Positions 40,938-50,466 of a DNA stretch of 64,000 nucleotides are shown here, piece after piece. The notes beneath the pieces are model-generated. The model was not told the origin of the DNA and did not search any database. It saw nothing but the letters and a program-made list of their open reading frames with translations. The stretch covers positions 464,627 through 528,626 of the forward strand of contig JAQTYF010000001.1 in NCBI GenBank assembly GCA_028688415.1, written 5' to 3'. The stretch is from Candidatus Moraniibacteriota bacterium. GTDB lineage: Bacteria; Patescibacteriota; Minisyncoccia; Moranbacterales; UBA1568. Position 1 is the first letter of the stretch; each line of letters opens with the position of its first letter. Made by a program: the position numbers and the translations under genes.

Positions 40938-41258
40938 TTATTTTTTATCAACTTTCAACAACTGCACCATTCGCTGTACCTCTTTTTCATCCTTGATTTC
41001 ATAACACACCATCTGCCCTGTCTTGACTCGATAGACAAGTCCAACTCGCTCAAGGATTTTGAGCTGTTGAGAAACTGCAGAAACAGTGATATCAAATATG
41101 GCTGCAACTTCAGTGACACAGAGTTCTTTATAATCCATCAGAAGACGGAAAATACGAAACCTGCCTGGATCGCCCAAAGCCTCGAAGATGAGCTGGGTAC
41201 GATTATCGTTTTTCGCCATTTCTTGCTTTACTCTCATCAATTCCTCTTTGGTTAACAT
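40938..41258 (-). CDS. ArsR/SmtB family transcriptional regulator
   Basis: wHTH EALGDPGRFRIFRLL...ELCVTEVAAIF...VSQQLKIL. Confidence 0.8.
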   Translation of the reverse strand: MLTKEELMRVKQEMAKNDNRTQLIFEALGDPGRFRIFRLLMDYKELCVTEVAAIFDITVSAVSQQLKILERVGLVYRVKTGQMVCYEIKDEKEVQRMVQLLKVDKK

Positions 41259-41370
41259 AACATTATATTAAGTATTTACTTAACTACTAAATATAATAAC
41301 AAAAAGGAAAAGAGCTGTCAAAAAAAATTTATTTGCTGAGGAAAGCGATCGAAAATTGAAAAGCAGTCAC

Positions 41371-41757
41371 TTACTTTTTTCTTGTTAGCTCTTCCGTACG
41401 AAAAATAATCATCTTTTTTATCAATGCATAAGGAATCGTTTTATTGAGCGGAAACTGAACCGAACCCTTTGCACTCTTATATATTGCTAATTCCTCCTTG
41501 AATGCTTCTATCCCTGATGGGGTCGGATAAAATCCAATATGACTGTCAAATGCGGAAAAATGTACGAGATTTTTTCCATTCAATTTGAATGTGGGAATAC
41601 CATAAGCAATCACTTCTTGTACGTCCGGTACTACTTCTCTGACGATAGCACGTATTTTTTGCAAAATAACTTGGATATCTTTCGGATATTTTGTGATGAA
41701 CGCATCGACACTTTCCATCTTTTCCATATTGTTCAATTTTTTACATTTTTGAAACAC
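41371..41757 (-). CDS. DUF1801 (YdhG-like) protein
   Basis: 128 aa with a YdhG-like pattern. Confidence 0.5.
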   Translation of the reverse strand: MFQKCKKLNNMEKMESVDAFITKYPKDIQVILQKIRAIVREVVPDVQEVIAYGIPTFKLNGKNLVHFSAFDSHIGFYPTPSGIEAFKEELAIYKSAKGSVQFPLNKTIPYALIKKMIIFRTEELTRKK

Positions 41758-41773
41758 AAAATAAAAAAACTCT

Positions 41774-42256
41774 TTACGGCTTATCCCTACCTACAAATCT
41801 TTCTTTGCCAAGCAAAAAATTTATTGCTCTTACTATATTTCTATCAAGACTCTTTTCTGTTTTTAAATTGCTCAAGTATCTGACTATTTCATGTTTCTTC
41901 GATGGAGATAAACTTTCAAAAACATTTTTTGCTTCAACGTTGCTACCGAGTGACTGAATAAATTTCTGTGGCGGAATAATTTCCCTACTTTCAGGATCAA
42001 ATGTGATCGTTAATTCTACAGTTTCACTGATCCGCTGAGGAGAATTTTTGAGCATCGTTGTGTTGATATAGAGTCTCCATTCACCAGCATATTTTACCAA
42101 AGTCTGCTTGTAGGGTTTTCCATTGATAGTTCCTTTGATAGGAATGTGTCCTCTCTCTTTTTTGGCTTGATCGAATATATCCTGCAAAATATCTTCAGGT
42201 ACGGAAACAAACGGATTCACTCCAATAATCTTTATTTCTGCTTTGAATTTTTTCAT
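41774..42256 (-). CDS. DUF1905 / YdeI-like protein
   Basis: 160 aa with a DUF1905-like N-terminus. Confidence 0.45.
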   Translation of the reverse strand: MKKFKAEIKIIGVNPFVSVPEDILQDIFDQAKKERGHIPIKGTINGKPYKQTLVKYAGEWRLYINTTMLKNSPQRISETVELTITFDPESREIIPPQKFIQSLGSNVEAKNVFESLSPSKKHEIVRYLSNLKTEKSLDRNIVRAINFLLGKERFVGRDKP

Positions 42257-42285
42257 ATCGTAGAGATTGCCGTCTTATTCCTTTT

Positions 42286-42810
42286 TTATTGTCTGGCCAA
42301 ATATCTAGCAGTATTCACATTTCTCACCGTCATAAACTGATAAAGTTTGTGGCTAATTATCTTATTCAGATGGCTCTTGTTATAATTTTTCCTATCAACA
42401 TTCCAAAAAATCGCCCCTTTGACATAACGGATGTCCATAAATTCTTTTTTGATTGGCAGATCATCTATGGTTTTCTTCGAATCAATTTCTGGGAATAGGT
42501 AAGCAATATCGGATCGCTGTGTGATATCATTTTTCCAGTTTTTTGGTATCGATTCGACTATCTGTATCATTTCCTTTTCTGTCTTGATAAGGATTGTGGC
42601 ATCAAAACCGAATTCTTTTTTAAAATTCAATTTCAGTTTTTTGCATATTTCTTGTTGTTTATCTTTCCCTTCAAAAATAACATTGCCTGAGTTTATATAG
42701 GTTGAAACGTTGTCATAGCCCAAAGATTCAAAAAGCACCTTAAGTTTTTTCATATCAACCCTGCGTTCTTTTCCGGCGTTTATTCCTCTGAGTAATGCAA
42801 TATATTTCAT
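42286..42810 (-). CDS. DUF1697 protein
   Basis: MKYIALLRGINAGKERRV N-terminus characteristic of DUF1697. Confidence 0.55.
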   Translation of the reverse strand: MKYIALLRGINAGKERRVDMKKLKVLFESLGYDNVSTYINSGNVIFEGKDKQQEICKKLKLNFKKEFGFDATILIKTEKEMIQIVESIPKNWKNDITQRSDIAYLFPEIDSKKTIDDLPIKKEFMDIRYVKGAIFWNVDRKNYNKSHLNKIISHKLYQFMTVRNVNTARYLARQ

Positions 42811-42821
42811 AATTTATTCCA

Positions 42822-44027
42822 TTAAATCATCGACACGTTTTTATAAGCACCCGATTGATACCTACGAGCTATATATAAATATAGCGGAAAAAGTATCACA
42901 AGGAAAATAATTCCTGAATATAAAAATCCGTATTGATAGGATACGCGCTCGATTATGAATCCAACTCCAAAACTTGAAACTACCGAAACAGCCTGATCAA
43001 TTTGTGAACCCGTTGACAACAATGTGGCCTTAAATTTACTTGATTTAATAATATCAAGTCGATAACCCTCATCAATTTTACTTAACCCCCAATGGAATGC
43101 GTTTATGATAATAAAAGCGGTTACAACAACCCACCAACTTGATATCATTCCCAAAACAAGAATTAAAAGAGTATAAATAACAAGTTGAAACCCATAAAAA
43201 GAAGGTAAGGTAAAATATTTTTTAATCTTTCCGCTATACGCAAGCATAAGCGAAGCAAATGCTCTCCCTATACCAAAGAATACCCCGAACCAAATTACAG
43301 GTATTTCAAGAAATGTCTGATAAGGGGCACGGAACCCTCCAATACTAAACAATGTTCCACCAATAATTCCCGAAAACAAAGCAATGCTAAAAAAGTTAAG
43401 GTGATATCCTTCTTGTAATACCTGTCTGAAATTTGTCGCCCCAATTTCTTCAATGTGTTCCTGAGGGACAGGAGGTACCACCAAGGAAATTGCTACCAAT
43501 AATCCAATCACATCAATAACAAAAGCAATCAGAAATGGTGTTTTGTAACTTATGCTCACTAAAAATGGTACCAGCACCATAAATATTATCGGCACCGCAA
43601 ATCCTATAGAACTGATTTTTCCCATCACTCTTGCATAGTCGTGTTCTCTTTTAAGACCTTGTAAAGTTTCGTGCATAAAGGCACTACCTGTACCACTTTG
43701 AAAAGCGGCACTCGCACTCAAAAAAATTGCGCCGAGTATCAAGAAGGAAATGTTATTCGCAAAAAGAAAAAAGACTGTTGACATCAACATCAATACTCGA
43801 GAAATAACTAGCGTTAGTTTATGTCCGATTTTATCAGACATATATCCGCTGGGAATTTCAAAAAGAAAACCAGAAAGACTCCCTGCAAGCAAAATTGTTC
43901 CAATTATTTTTGGTGTTACGTCTGGTATGGTCAGATAGTACGCTCCCAAAACCGCAACAAAAATTCTTTTATTGGCGATTAACAATATGGTGTATTTCCA
44001 AATATTACTTTGTAGATTTTTTTCCAT
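42822..44027 (-). CDS. MFS transporter
   Basis: 401 aa with about 12 TM segments. Confidence 0.7.
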   Translation of the reverse strand: MEKNLQSNIWKYTILLIANKRIFVAVLGAYYLTIPDVTPKIIGTILLAGSLSGFLFEIPSGYMSDKIGHKLTLVISRVLMLMSTVFFLFANNISFLILGAIFLSASAAFQSGTGSAFMHETLQGLKREHDYARVMGKISSIGFAVPIIFMVLVPFLVSISYKTPFLIAFVIDVIGLLVAISLVVPPVPQEHIEEIGATNFRQVLQEGYHLNFFSIALFSGIIGGTLFSIGGFRAPYQTFLEIPVIWFGVFFGIGRAFASLMLAYSGKIKKYFTLPSFYGFQLVIYTLLILVLGMISSWWVVVTAFIIINAFHWGLSKIDEGYRLDIIKSSKFKATLLSTGSQIDQAVSVVSSFGVGFIIERVSYQYGFLYSGIIFLVILFPLYLYIARRYQSGAYKNVSMI

Positions 44028-44029
44028 AT

Positions 44030-44100
44030 TTATTTCAATAATTCGCCAACTGATACTCCAAGCGTATTAGCTAGTTTTTCTATCGGGAAAGAAGATTCCA
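44030..44100 (-). pseudogene. Remnant of an XRE-family HTH gene C-terminus
   Basis: Encodes MESSFPIEKLANTLGVSVGELLK-stop, which resembles the C-terminus of the XRE protein at 49774-49971 (ISKALEVSVDELIK-stop). Confidence 0.35.
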
Positions 44101-44205
44101 TAGATTCTGTTCTTACTTTCACAGTCAGTATATAAACTTCTCACAAAACGGTCAAAGAAAAGGAAAAAAACCTCTTTGTAGAGATTTTTTCAGATTCGGG
44201 AATTC

Positions 44206-44278
44206 TTGGCGGGAATGCGTTTGTGTCGGCGCGAAGCTATGACCCCATTTCGGCTTCAGATTCCGATTTCCAATTTTG
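44206..44278. repeat. Diverged copy of the 116-bp unit found at 50328-50447 and 51853-51968
   Basis: About 60 percent identity, same orientation as the 51853-51968 copy, and contiguous with the left inverted repeat. Confidence 0.5.
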
Positions 44279-44500
44279 GCGGTGCATATTGGACGAAGTT
44301 CGAATGTATTTCGCCAAAAACCCTGAGTAAGAAAGCGGAAGCCGTCCCCACCGTAGTCCTGAAGCCTCGGGACTCCCCATCAGAAAAACCTTTCTTTGCA
44401 TTTCGGATTTGCGCGCGCCGGATCTTTTCTTCTCTTAAGGAAAAGAAAGCTTTTCTGATGAGGACTGCTCTTTGGAGCAGTGCGGTGGGGAACGGCTGCT
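44279..44500. repeat. Left arm of the 222-bp inverted repeat
   Basis: Reverse complement of 50108-50330 with a single mismatch (221/222). It is GC-rich relative to the surroundings. Confidence 0.9.
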
Positions 44501-44628
44501 ATTGGTACGTCGCCAAGATGGAAATAAACGAGCTTGTAGTTATTCTATCACATCAGACAATATTGAATTTGCTCATTTCTCCATCTTGGCGACGGTACCA
44601 TCCAAGTGAATGGTATTGCGATGACAAT

Positions 44629-45114
44629 TTATTTGCCGAGTTCAACTCGTCTTTTGATATATGAAGTTTGCTTCCTGTACGAGAACAAAAACATCACAAA
44701 AAGCACTGTAAGCAAAATATTTATGCTGTACTTTTCCAAAAATAGACATCGGTAGGAAAATAATTCGTACGCTTTTGCTACCATAAACAAGAAGAACATC
44801 GAAACGAAAGTACGGTACATGTTATTTGTCTCCGAAAATTCCTCAATTTTCGGATCCACTTTTGCGACAGCAACAAAATCAGAATACGACGCAAACTTAA
44901 GAAAGGAAATCCATTTCAAGATAGGCTCAATAGCCAAAGACCCAAACCTACTTATAACGAGACCAACGAAGTAGTAGACGAACGCTCCGATAACCAGATT
45001 TTCTTGTGTGAAAGAATAGGGTGTAAAGCGTTCCAACACTACAACGAAAAGAACACCAGGAAGTAGGTAGTTGAATAGATTATAGGACGTTATCTTGTCT
45101 AAAACTTTTTCCAT
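44629..45114 (-). CDS. Hypothetical 4-TM membrane protein
   Basis: Hydrophobic profile only. Confidence 0.4.
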   Translation of the reverse strand: MEKVLDKITSYNLFNYLLPGVLFVVVLERFTPYSFTQENLVIGAFVYYFVGLVISRFGSLAIEPILKWISFLKFASYSDFVAVAKVDPKIEEFSETNNMYRTFVSMFFLFMVAKAYELFSYRCLFLEKYSINILLTVLFVMFLFSYRKQTSYIKRRVELGK

Positions 45115-45117
45115 AAG

Positions 45118-46170
45118 TTACTCATCTACTTGATTAAAGAAGGTTTCCGGTGCGAGAGGCCCCCAACCATCTCTTTGTGGAGCATCTGCACTAGGATGAC
45201 AAATTGTTTTTCCGTTCCTTGTAGAGCCAGGATTGCAATTTCGACGTATAAGCGCATTGATTACCTTACGTGATGGATGTTTAGGATCGCCCTGTGGTGG
45301 ACACGAGATAAACGCATGAACCGGCATAAGTCGATTCAGTATAGTCGGCCCAAGATTACGTTTACTGCCATGATGTGGAACATCGAGGAAGTCTATTTTA
45401 TTCAAAGAGACATTATTTGCTTCCGCAAAATCAATAGCCCTGCCAAGTGCATCCTTTCCAGCGTCACCAGTAAAAAGGAATTTTTTTCCATCAACGACAA
45501 GCAGTAACACCAAACTGGAATTATTTTCGTGGCTTGTATCTAGGTAGTCGTCTGATAGGGTTTCGATATGCAGTTCCTCCGCGATCCAACCAACTGCCTC
45601 TTTCACCGCACCGATGAACTGTTCAATTTTGTGTTCATCCTTCACTTCTGGTGTCACACCGAAATTAGCAAGGAGTTGCTGGTAATACTCTTCGGTAGGT
45701 CCCAAAATATATAGCCCGTCATGCACCTGTTCTCCCGCGAATGGCTGAACGACCACTACACCCTTCTCAGTGGCCATATCAACGAGATCCGAGAGCATTG
45801 AAAGTGATTTCTCAAGTCGCGTCTCCAGACCCTTTTGTGTCACAGACATGTTCGTCATTTTCTGGATTGCTTTAGTGTAATCCCAAGGACAATGGGCAAC
45901 CAACTTACCGACGGTTAAGTTTTCGAAAACCTCTGAAAGACCAGAGATATGGTCGTTGTGAAGATGTGATGCAACAACAAGGTCAACATATGTCGTTCCA
46001 TAATGTATCTTGATGTGCTCGACAAGTGCCTTGCCCGAATCCTTTGTACCTCCATCTATAACTACAACATTCTGTGTTGTAGGCGAACTGAAATCTCCAT
46101 ACCGAATTGCGATTGCATCACCGCCTTTTTCTCCGATCCCAACTGGGATGTAATCAATCTCATATGCCAT
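45118..46170 (-). CDS. MBL-fold metallo-hydrolase (ComEC C-terminal domain-like)
   Basis: ASHLHNDHISGL (HxHxDH) and VPHHGSKRN motifs. Confidence 0.65.
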   Translation of the reverse strand: MAYEIDYIPVGIGEKGGDAIAIRYGDFSSPTTQNVVVIDGGTKDSGKALVEHIKIHYGTTYVDLVVASHLHNDHISGLSEVFENLTVGKLVAHCPWDYTKAIQKMTNMSVTQKGLETRLEKSLSMLSDLVDMATEKGVVVVQPFAGEQVHDGLYILGPTEEYYQQLLANFGVTPEVKDEHKIEQFIGAVKEAVGWIAEELHIETLSDDYLDTSHENNSSLVLLLVVDGKKFLFTGDAGKDALGRAIDFAEANNVSLNKIDFLDVPHHGSKRNLGPTILNRLMPVHAFISCPPQGDPKHPSRKVINALIRRNCNPGSTRNGKTICHPSADAPQRDGWGPLAPETFFNQVDE

Positions 46171-46245
46171 ATGTTTTTTGTATAATTTGAACTTGTTTAG
46201 GTTAACATTAGGTATTATAATTTAGGTATGGTATACTAGTCAAGT

Positions 46246-46854
46246 ATGAGAATAGAACAGCCATCAAAACGGCAGGCCGAAATACTTGAATTCGTATCTT
46301 TTTTTCGTCAAAAAAAAGGCTACGCCCCTTCTCTGACCGAAATAGCAGCGCATTTTGACGTGTCTGTGCCAACAGTACACCAACATATTGCGTATCTACG
46401 CAAGAAGAACCTTCTCTCGACCGAGAAGGGAAAACAAAGGTCTATACAAGCATTCAACGACCATAATCGTGGCGTCGTTGAAATTCCGCTTATGGGGATT
46501 ATTGCCGCAGGCGGACCGATTGAGGCCATCAGAGACCCTCGTCCTATAGAAGTTCCAAAAAGCATGCTTTCCGCAGGATCGGATTATTATGCCTTGAAAG
46601 TCGCGGGCGTAAGCATGATCGAAGACGGTATTTTTGACGGTGATATCGTTATCGTTCGGGATCAGCCAACGGTTGAAAACGGAGAAAAAGCAGTCGCTTA
46701 CCTACCAGATCAAGATGCGGTTACTCTAAAAAGAATCTATCACGAAAAAAATCGAATCAAACTTGTTCCCGCAAATCAAAAGATGGAACCTTTTTATGAG
46801 ACAAATGTAGAAATTCAAGGAAAGGTTGTTGGTGTGTTGAGAACTGAAAAATAA
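46246..46854 (+). CDS. lexA: LexA repressor (S24 peptidase family)
   Basis: N-terminal wHTH (LTEIAAHFDVSVPTVHQHIAYLRKKNLL), cleavage site AAG, and catalytic GVSM...K of the S24 domain. Confidence 0.8.
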   Translation: MRIEQPSKRQAEILEFVSFFRQKKGYAPSLTEIAAHFDVSVPTVHQHIAYLRKKNLLSTEKGKQRSIQAFNDHNRGVVEIPLMGIIAAGGPIEAIRDPRPIEVPKSMLSAGSDYYALKVAGVSMIEDGIFDGDIVIVRDQPTVENGEKAVAYLPDQDAVTLKRIYHEKNRIKLVPANQKMEPFYETNVEIQGKVVGVLRTEK

Positions 46855-46869
46855 GGCCAAAAAATATCC

Positions 46870-47745
46870 TTATTTTTGCTCTAAAAACTTTCTCAATTCC
46901 TCCTGTCTTTCCTTAAATCCACCAAATTCTCTTTGAAAGTCGGTCTTTTTGTAAAGCTGATATACAAATCCCTTCTCCGTCAAAATTACTCGCGAGTCGC
47001 CATCATTGGAGTTTTCTATTTCTGAATCAAACAACCTTTTTTCTACGTTTTTCTTTTTTGCAAACAACCCCTTAAAAACTTCCCTGCTCATATCAGAAAC
47101 AAACTTATCAAGACCGTTGGCCAAAGCGTTACTTTTCTCAGTGATCTTTTCTTCTAAAGACAGGAGATCCTTCCTCTCATCTTCTATGATGGCTTCATCC
47201 TTCATCAGACTAAGCATAGAATAGCTGCTTAGCTTTCTCTGATATTCCAACAAATCTTCAGCGAAGATTATCTCAAGATCAAAGAGAAACTTCGACTCCC
47301 TATCTATCTTTTCAGAAAACAACGCTTTCCAAAATTGGAAAAATTCGTAGAATATTTGAAAATCAGCCTGAAGATTACTTACTTTTTTACTAAGTTCCTT
47401 GCTATTTCGCTGGAGAGTTTCCGTAGGATAATCATCTGTATTTTTCGGATTACTTTTCTCAAGGAAAAAAGAATTCGTTACAAAAGGACTCAGAGCATAA
47501 AAAGACTTATGTAGTCCATCGACGAGCAAATTTGTTATTTTTTCATGGACATCTAGTTTTTTCTTAAAAGAAATTTCTCTCGTCAAAATAAAATACGTAA
47601 CAAAAAAACCAAATATCAATACAAATGATTGAAACAAAGATGAAAACGCATCCCAATTAAAAGAACTTTCGCTGTTTGAAAAAATCAAGCCGGAAAACAC
47701 GGCTTGAAGTATAAGAATTAATACGAGTAGGATTTTCTCAAACAT
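46870..47745 (-). CDS. Hypothetical membrane-anchored coiled-coil protein
   Basis: Two N-terminal TM segments and a long predicted coiled coil. Confidence 0.4.
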   Translation of the reverse strand: MFEKILLVLILILQAVFSGLIFSNSESSFNWDAFSSLFQSFVLIFGFFVTYFILTREISFKKKLDVHEKITNLLVDGLHKSFYALSPFVTNSFFLEKSNPKNTDDYPTETLQRNSKELSKKVSNLQADFQIFYEFFQFWKALFSEKIDRESKFLFDLEIIFAEDLLEYQRKLSSYSMLSLMKDEAIIEDERKDLLSLEEKITEKSNALANGLDKFVSDMSREVFKGLFAKKKNVEKRLFDSEIENSNDGDSRVILTEKGFVYQLYKKTDFQREFGGFKERQEELRKFLEQK

Positions 47746-47964
47746 ATCGTATTAGTAGGTTACGCATATTTATTATATTGCGTAAGTTCCTTTTTCGAAA
47801 TCTTCCAAATAACTTTCAACTTCTTGAGGAAGTTTTGCAAAAATAGATCAAAGATCAGTCGAGAGCCGTCCTCGGCCAGATTATTATTTCTTCAGAAGCT
47901 TTCTGCATTTTCACACAAATTTATTGGACATATTTATAAAAATACAGCGCTATTACAAAACTTA

Positions 47965-48618
47965 TCATTCTTTAACAACCATCCATTTTTTCTTTTCATC
48001 GCCATACATCACAAAATATATCATCCGCTGTATAACGCCAAAATAGATTGGAAATAGGATGAACCAACTAAAAAATGACACTACCCAACCTACAATCGTA
48101 ATCAGCCTATGCGAAATATGATCATGTCTCACCTGCGGATAAATTAATCTCCACGCCATAAGAATAAATTCCTTAAATCCAATTTTATCCATTGACTCTC
48201 TATTTTTTGCTTTTTGTATTAAAATAATTAGCCGTACAATATCAAAAAATATTCCAAAAAAAACAAAAGTGATAACTACACCCCATATGGGGAAAAAATA
48301 TAAAAATGGCACCCCCACAATAATCCATAAAATTGCAACTCCAAAAAACAAAGATATCAAATTACTATCAAATTTGAATTCTTGAGCATCAAGCGTTGCA
48401 AGTTTTTTAACATTTCTTATTATCCAGTAGCCAATAGAGCTCAATGATAATCCAGCAAAAATAACCCAGATTAAAATATCAGTGAATTTTGAATCTCCTT
48501 TTAAAACAATAAAATAAAAAGCAAGCGAGAGAATAATAATTCCAATGCCTACTATCAATGCTGAGCTTGCAATAAAATGCATACGTGAATACATTTTTTG
48601 AATTCTTTCATTGATCAT
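47965..48618 (-). CDS. Hypothetical polytopic membrane protein
   Basis: Hydrophobic profile only. Confidence 0.4.
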   Translation of the reverse strand: MINERIQKMYSRMHFIASSALIVGIGIIILSLAFYFIVLKGDSKFTDILIWVIFAGLSLSSIGYWIIRNVKKLATLDAQEFKFDSNLISLFFGVAILWIIVGVPFLYFFPIWGVVITFVFFGIFFDIVRLIILIQKAKNRESMDKIGFKEFILMAWRLIYPQVRHDHISHRLITIVGWVVSFFSWFILFPIYFGVIQRMIYFVMYGDEKKKWMVVKE

Positions 48619-48651
48619 ATGTTAAAAAATTTTAATAATTATTAATTGTTA

Positions 48652-49764
48652 CTATTTTTTGCACTGTTTCTGATAATATGGGATTGATTTTACAAAATTC
48701 AATGCTTTTTCATCTATAAGATCTCCCTCATTTTTTGCTATGACCAGTAGAGTTTGAAACAATTGCGCAACTTCCTGAGTTTTTGTCATTCTCGATTGTA
48801 AAGATTTTTCTTCCTCATCATTTAATACATGGTAAACAAACCTTCCCTCTGAAATAAATGCGCTCGCTTCTGCCCTATAACATCCATCTTCAGAATTAAC
48901 ATCTTCATTATTAGCATACTGAAAAACATGAGTTAATTCATGACGCAATAAAACTGCAGTCAATAAATCATCTTTTATGCTGTATTTAGGAGAAACTTTT
49001 ATCAAATATTCATCTAGTGAATGCATAGGAGAAAAAACAAAAACTCCTTCTGCACCATTAATTTCCTTGCTAGATTCTGAATATTCAATTTTGAGACAAT
49101 TTTTGATGCTTTCTAAGCGACCTGACTCCTCGATATTCCCGCGATTTCTGTATCTCTGTTCAATAAGACTTAGCGACCGCTTAAACTCTTCTGACATTTC
49201 ATATCCACTTTCTCTAATACAATAAATAGGTGTTTCATTAAAAACAATCAGCCATTCGTTGTTAATTTTGATAAATTTTCTATATATTCTTTTTGGGTAA
49301 TCCTTATCAGCTAAGTTAAAAATGCTTGTTTCATCAACATGTCCTATATCATTTTTTATAATCACCTTATTTACTTCTACGGTTTTTCCTTTCTTTAAAT
49401 CATTTAAAAATATTTTAGATCTTTCATCTTCTGGATTTTGTTGTGCATACTCAATTAGTCGTTGCAATACTGATTCCTGCGAATATATAGCACCTCGTTT
49501 TTCGATATATTTTTCTCTACTTATTTTATGCTTAGACTCTGGCGATAAATAAGAATCATATATTTTTCCAAAATCATTATTGCTTTCCAATTCAAATATT
49601 TCATTGAATCTTTTGACAAGCTTATCTTCATCACTGATGCTTATTGATTGCTCCTGTTTGTTTTTTAAAAAAGAAAAATTTTCTAATTCATAAAGTTTAA
49701 TATAAACGCCTAAAGCCACTATCAACACTACACTTATTAGGATAACTATCAATTTTTTATTCAT
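48652..49764 (-). CDS. Putative zinc metallopeptidase (HExxH) with an N-terminal TM anchor
   Basis: LRHELTHVFQY motif. Co-oriented with and adjacent to the XRE HTH gene, an ImmR/ImmA-like arrangement. Confidence 0.45.
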   Translation of the reverse strand: MNKKLIVILISVVLIVALGVYIKLYELENFSFLKNKQEQSISISDEDKLVKRFNEIFELESNNDFGKIYDSYLSPESKHKISREKYIEKRGAIYSQESVLQRLIEYAQQNPEDERSKIFLNDLKKGKTVEVNKVIIKNDIGHVDETSIFNLADKDYPKRIYRKFIKINNEWLIVFNETPIYCIRESGYEMSEEFKRSLSLIEQRYRNRGNIEESGRLESIKNCLKIEYSESSKEINGAEGVFVFSPMHSLDEYLIKVSPKYSIKDDLLTAVLLRHELTHVFQYANNEDVNSEDGCYRAEASAFISEGRFVYHVLNDEEEKSLQSRMTKTQEVAQLFQTLLVIAKNEGDLIDEKALNFVKSIPYYQKQCKK

Positions 49765-49773
49765 AAATTTATT

Positions 49774-49971
49774 TTATTTGATTAACTCATCAACACTAAC
49801 CTCAAGCGCTTTAGAAATCTTCTTGAGCGTATCAAGTGTTGGATTTTGGTTTTTACCAACTTCAATCTTGATGATTGTGTTATTGGCAACATCAGCCAAT
49901 CGTGCCAGTTTTTCTTGTGATAATCCCTTGGCTTCTCGTAACTTCCTCAGATTTTTTGTTATATTTGACAT
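49774..49971 (-). CDS. XRE-family HTH transcriptional regulator
   Basis: LREAKGLSQEKLARLADVANNTIIKIEVGK, a classic Cro/C1 HTH; 65 aa. Confidence 0.75.
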   Translation of the reverse strand: MSNITKNLRKLREAKGLSQEKLARLADVANNTIIKIEVGKNQNPTLDTLKKISKALEVSVDELIK

Positions 49972-50107
49972 ACTTATATTATAGTAGTAGAATTATAGTG
50001 TTAGTACTATTTCTTTTCTATTACTTTGATGCTACACCAAAATTTCAGACAAATCAAACTAAATGACTTTTTATGTTATTAGTAAAAATCTATTCCGATC
50101 GTAAATC

Positions 50108-50330
50108 AGCAGCCGTTCCCCGCCGCACTGCTCCAAAGAGCAGTCCTCATCAGAAAAGCTTTCTTTTCCTTAAGAGAAGAAAAGATCCGGCGCGCGCAAA
50201 TCCGAAATGCAAAGAAAGGTTTTTCTGATGGGGAGTCCCGAGGCTTCAGGACTACGGTGGGGACGGCTTCCGCTTTCTTACTCAGGGTTTTTGGCGAAAT
50301 ACATTCGAACTTCGTCCAATATGCACCGCA
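50108..50330. repeat. Right arm of the 222-bp inverted repeat
   Basis: Reverse complement of 44279-44500. Confidence 0.9.
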
Positions 50331-50447
50331 AAAATTCGGAATTCAAAACTGGAGAAGAAATAGCGTCGACGCGTAGCGCCGTCTGTTCTGCATTCCCCCC
50401 ACGAAATCCCCAATCTGAAAGGATTCGCCACGCGGAGCGGGGCTCCT
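50328..50447. repeat. 116-120 bp unit, inverted relative to the copy at 51853-51968
   Basis: About 95 percent identity to the reverse complement of 51853-51968. It is contiguous with the right inverted-repeat arm, so 50108-50447 forms one roughly 340-bp unit. Confidence 0.85.
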
Positions 50448-50466
50448 CGTTTGCCAATGCAATCTT

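Noticed and set aside
44206-44664. ORF-track ORFs lying inside the inverted-repeat units (44206-44664 plus strand, 50207-50470 plus strand, 50278-50550 minus strand)
   Set aside because: They are read from the repeat DNA in different frames in different copies, have no start context or homologs that I can recognise, and are better explained as non-coding repeat sequence.
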